A stretch of DNA of 32,000 nucleotides from Mycolicibacterium smegmatis. GTDB lineage: Bacteria > Actinomycetota > Actinomycetes > Mycobacteriales > Mycobacteriaceae. The position numbers were made by a program, and so were the translations under genes. The stretch spans positions 4,290,001-4,322,000 of the forward strand of contig NZ_LN831039.1 of assembly GCF_001457595.1 (NCBI RefSeq), in the 5' to 3' direction. The notes under the pieces were generated by a model that saw nothing but the letters and a program-made list of their open reading frames with translations, did no database searches and was not told the origin of the DNA. Numbering within the stretch: the stretch's first letter is position 1; every line of letters begins with the position of its first letter. This document shows, one piece after another, positions 31,301 through 32,000 of this stretch.

Positions 31301-31957
31301 GTGCCCGTGAACTCGAGGACTTTGGCGGCAACGGAGGCGATGGCGGCGATGGCGACGTATCTCATTGATCTGTCGCCCGAGGACATGCAGCGCCGACTCC
31401 CCGACGCGCTGCGGGTCTACGTCGACGCGATGCGCTACCCCCGCGGCACCGAAGAACAGCGCGCGGCCCTGTGGCTCGAACACACCCGTAGGCAGGGTTG
31501 GAAAGCCGTGGCGGCAGTCGAATTCGGAACCGACGACGGGTCGCACCCCGAGACGCCGTCGCGCGACGATCTCGTCGCCGCCCCGCTGCTGGGCATCGCC
31601 TACGGCTACTGCGGCGCCCCGGATCAGTGGTGGCAACAACAGGTGGTCTCCGGGCTGCACCGCATCGGAGCGACCCGCGAACAGATCGCCGAGCTGATGT
31701 CGAGCTACTTCGAGCTGACCGAACTGCACATCGAACCACGGGCTCAGGGACGCGGACTCGGCGAGGCACTGGTCCGCCGGCTACTCGCCGACCGTGGTGA
31801 ATCTCACGTGTTGTTGTCGACACCCGAGATCAACGGCGAGGCCAATCGGGCCTGGCGTCTGTACCGGCGCCTGGGGTTCACCGACGTGATCCGCGGCTAC
31901 CACTTTGCCGGCGACCCCCGCGCGTTCGCGATCCTCGGCCGGCCCCTGCCCCTGTAG
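31301..31957 (+). CDS. GNAT family N-acetyltransferase
   Basis: 'ELTELHIEPRAQGRGLGEALVRRLLADRGE...NGEANRAWRLYRRLGFTDVIRGYHF'. Start uncertain: GTG 31301, or ATG 31340 or 31349. Confidence 0.9.
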   Translation: MPVNSRTLAATEAMAAMATYLIDLSPEDMQRRLPDALRVYVDAMRYPRGTEEQRAALWLEHTRRQGWKAVAAVEFGTDDGSHPETPSRDDLVAAPLLGIAYGYCGAPDQWWQQQVVSGLHRIGATREQIAELMSSYFELTELHIEPRAQGRGLGEALVRRLLADRGESHVLLSTPEINGEANRAWRLYRRLGFTDVIRGYHFAGDPRAFAILGRPLPL

Positions 31958-32000
31958 GCCACACGCGCTTCCTGTCGAACCGAGGCGGCCCGATCTGGCA

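Noticed and set aside
1-32000. Search for CRISPR arrays, tRNA/rRNA genes, IS elements, toxin-antitoxin or phage-defence modules
   Set aside because: No spaced identical repeats, cloverleaf-like tRNA sequence, transposase motif or defence-type gene pair was seen. The window is a standard dcw locus plus transport and regulation genes.

Overview
This is a high-GC actinobacterial window. By gene content and order it looks like a Mycolicibacterium, probably M. smegmatis-like; that is an inference. Most of it, about 9.3-30.2 kb and almost all on the minus strand, is the canonical dcw (division and cell-wall) cluster. Transcription order is mraZ - rsmH(mraW) - ftsL-like - pbpB(ftsI) - murE - murF - mraY - murD - ftsW - murG - murC - ftsQ - ftsZ - YfiH/PgeF family - YggS family - sepF - YggT family - wag31(divIVA), with a DUF3040 membrane protein upstream and a GNAT acetyltransferase divergent from it. 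The left 9 kb is accessory. It holds the start of an ABC-transporter permease with a divergent GntR/UTRA regulator, a tctC-tctB-tctA tripartite tricarboxylate transporter followed by a UspA gene, and a divergent CitA/DcuS-type two-component system. It also holds a class I glutamine amidotransferase, a phosphoribosyltransferase and an acidic-tailed membrane protein. I found no CRISPR, tRNA, rRNA or mobile element, and nothing that convincingly forms a wholly new multi-gene system. The best second-look items are non-coding: (i) a region upstream of mraZ with a 10-bp-phased GTGG array like an MraZ operator, plus two opposite-strand TGGGG arrays, one containing a canonical G-quadruplex motif; (ii) a perfect 10-bp-arm palindrome between the GntR gene and the ABC permease gene; (iii) a small palindrome between tctC and the sensor kinase gene.
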